Shown here piece after piece: positions 63,709 through 64,000 of a DNA stretch of 64,000 nucleotides. Below the pieces are notes generated by a model that saw only the letters and a list, made by a program, of their open reading frames with translations, searched no databases and had not been told where the DNA came from. Origin of the DNA: Octopus sinensis (Eukaryota); the NCBI RefSeq assembly GCF_006345805.1, contig NC_043014.1, positions 31,806,001-31,870,000 of the forward strand, read 5' to 3'. The first letter of the stretch is position 1; each line of letters begins with the position of its first letter. The translations under genes were made by a program, and so were the position numbers.

Positions 63709-64000
63709 AAGAGCTTTAATTTCAAACAAAACTAGAATTCTAGCATGGTGGTCTCACTCACTGTGGGGTGGTTAGCTCTCTTGTCAGTACATAGACATGT
63801 GCTTCTTTGTGGCTAAGAGGGTTTTTGCCTCTTATTTCTAGCAATGTAGGTGCTACCCTGTACCATCAGTTACAATTATTGACAATCGAATTCTTCCTTT
63901 TTGGTTTTATATTGCTTATAGCCGCCTTCATTATTTTATATATATAAAATAAAATATATATATATATGAACACATACACATATATTTATGTATGTATGTA

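Overview
AT-rich, microsatellite-saturated animal genomic DNA. It is intronic or intergenic and, by inference from the SINE and LINE repertoire and SSR density, most likely from a coleoid cephalopod such as Octopus. Almost all ORF-track entries are simple-repeat translations. No intact host gene is recognisable; only a few low-confidence exon candidates were found. Recognisable content: (1) a 5'-truncated RTE-clade LINE (11.8-14.0 kb) whose reverse transcriptase carries an inserted C4HC3 PHD finger, a second 3' fragment of the same family, and many dispersed copies of its tail; (2) a full-length decayed Tc1 element, several mariner relics, a non-autonomous Helitron and several foldback/MITE elements; (3) at least four tRNA-headed SINE families, one forming a tandem array with a recurrent junction; (4) many Penelope-like element (PLE) relics. 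The most notable signal is three distinct families of type I hammerhead ribozyme motifs. One family has an intact core and an unusual branched stem II (765-851, 58402-58487, 60888-60976). One is a minimal family (8024-8058, 8244-8278, 9803-9837). One is fused behind a Pol III tRNA-like head and was inserted as a head-to-head pair inside a single target-site duplication (25731-26225). Repeat boundaries are read by eye and are approximate unless defined by a TSD or TIR.
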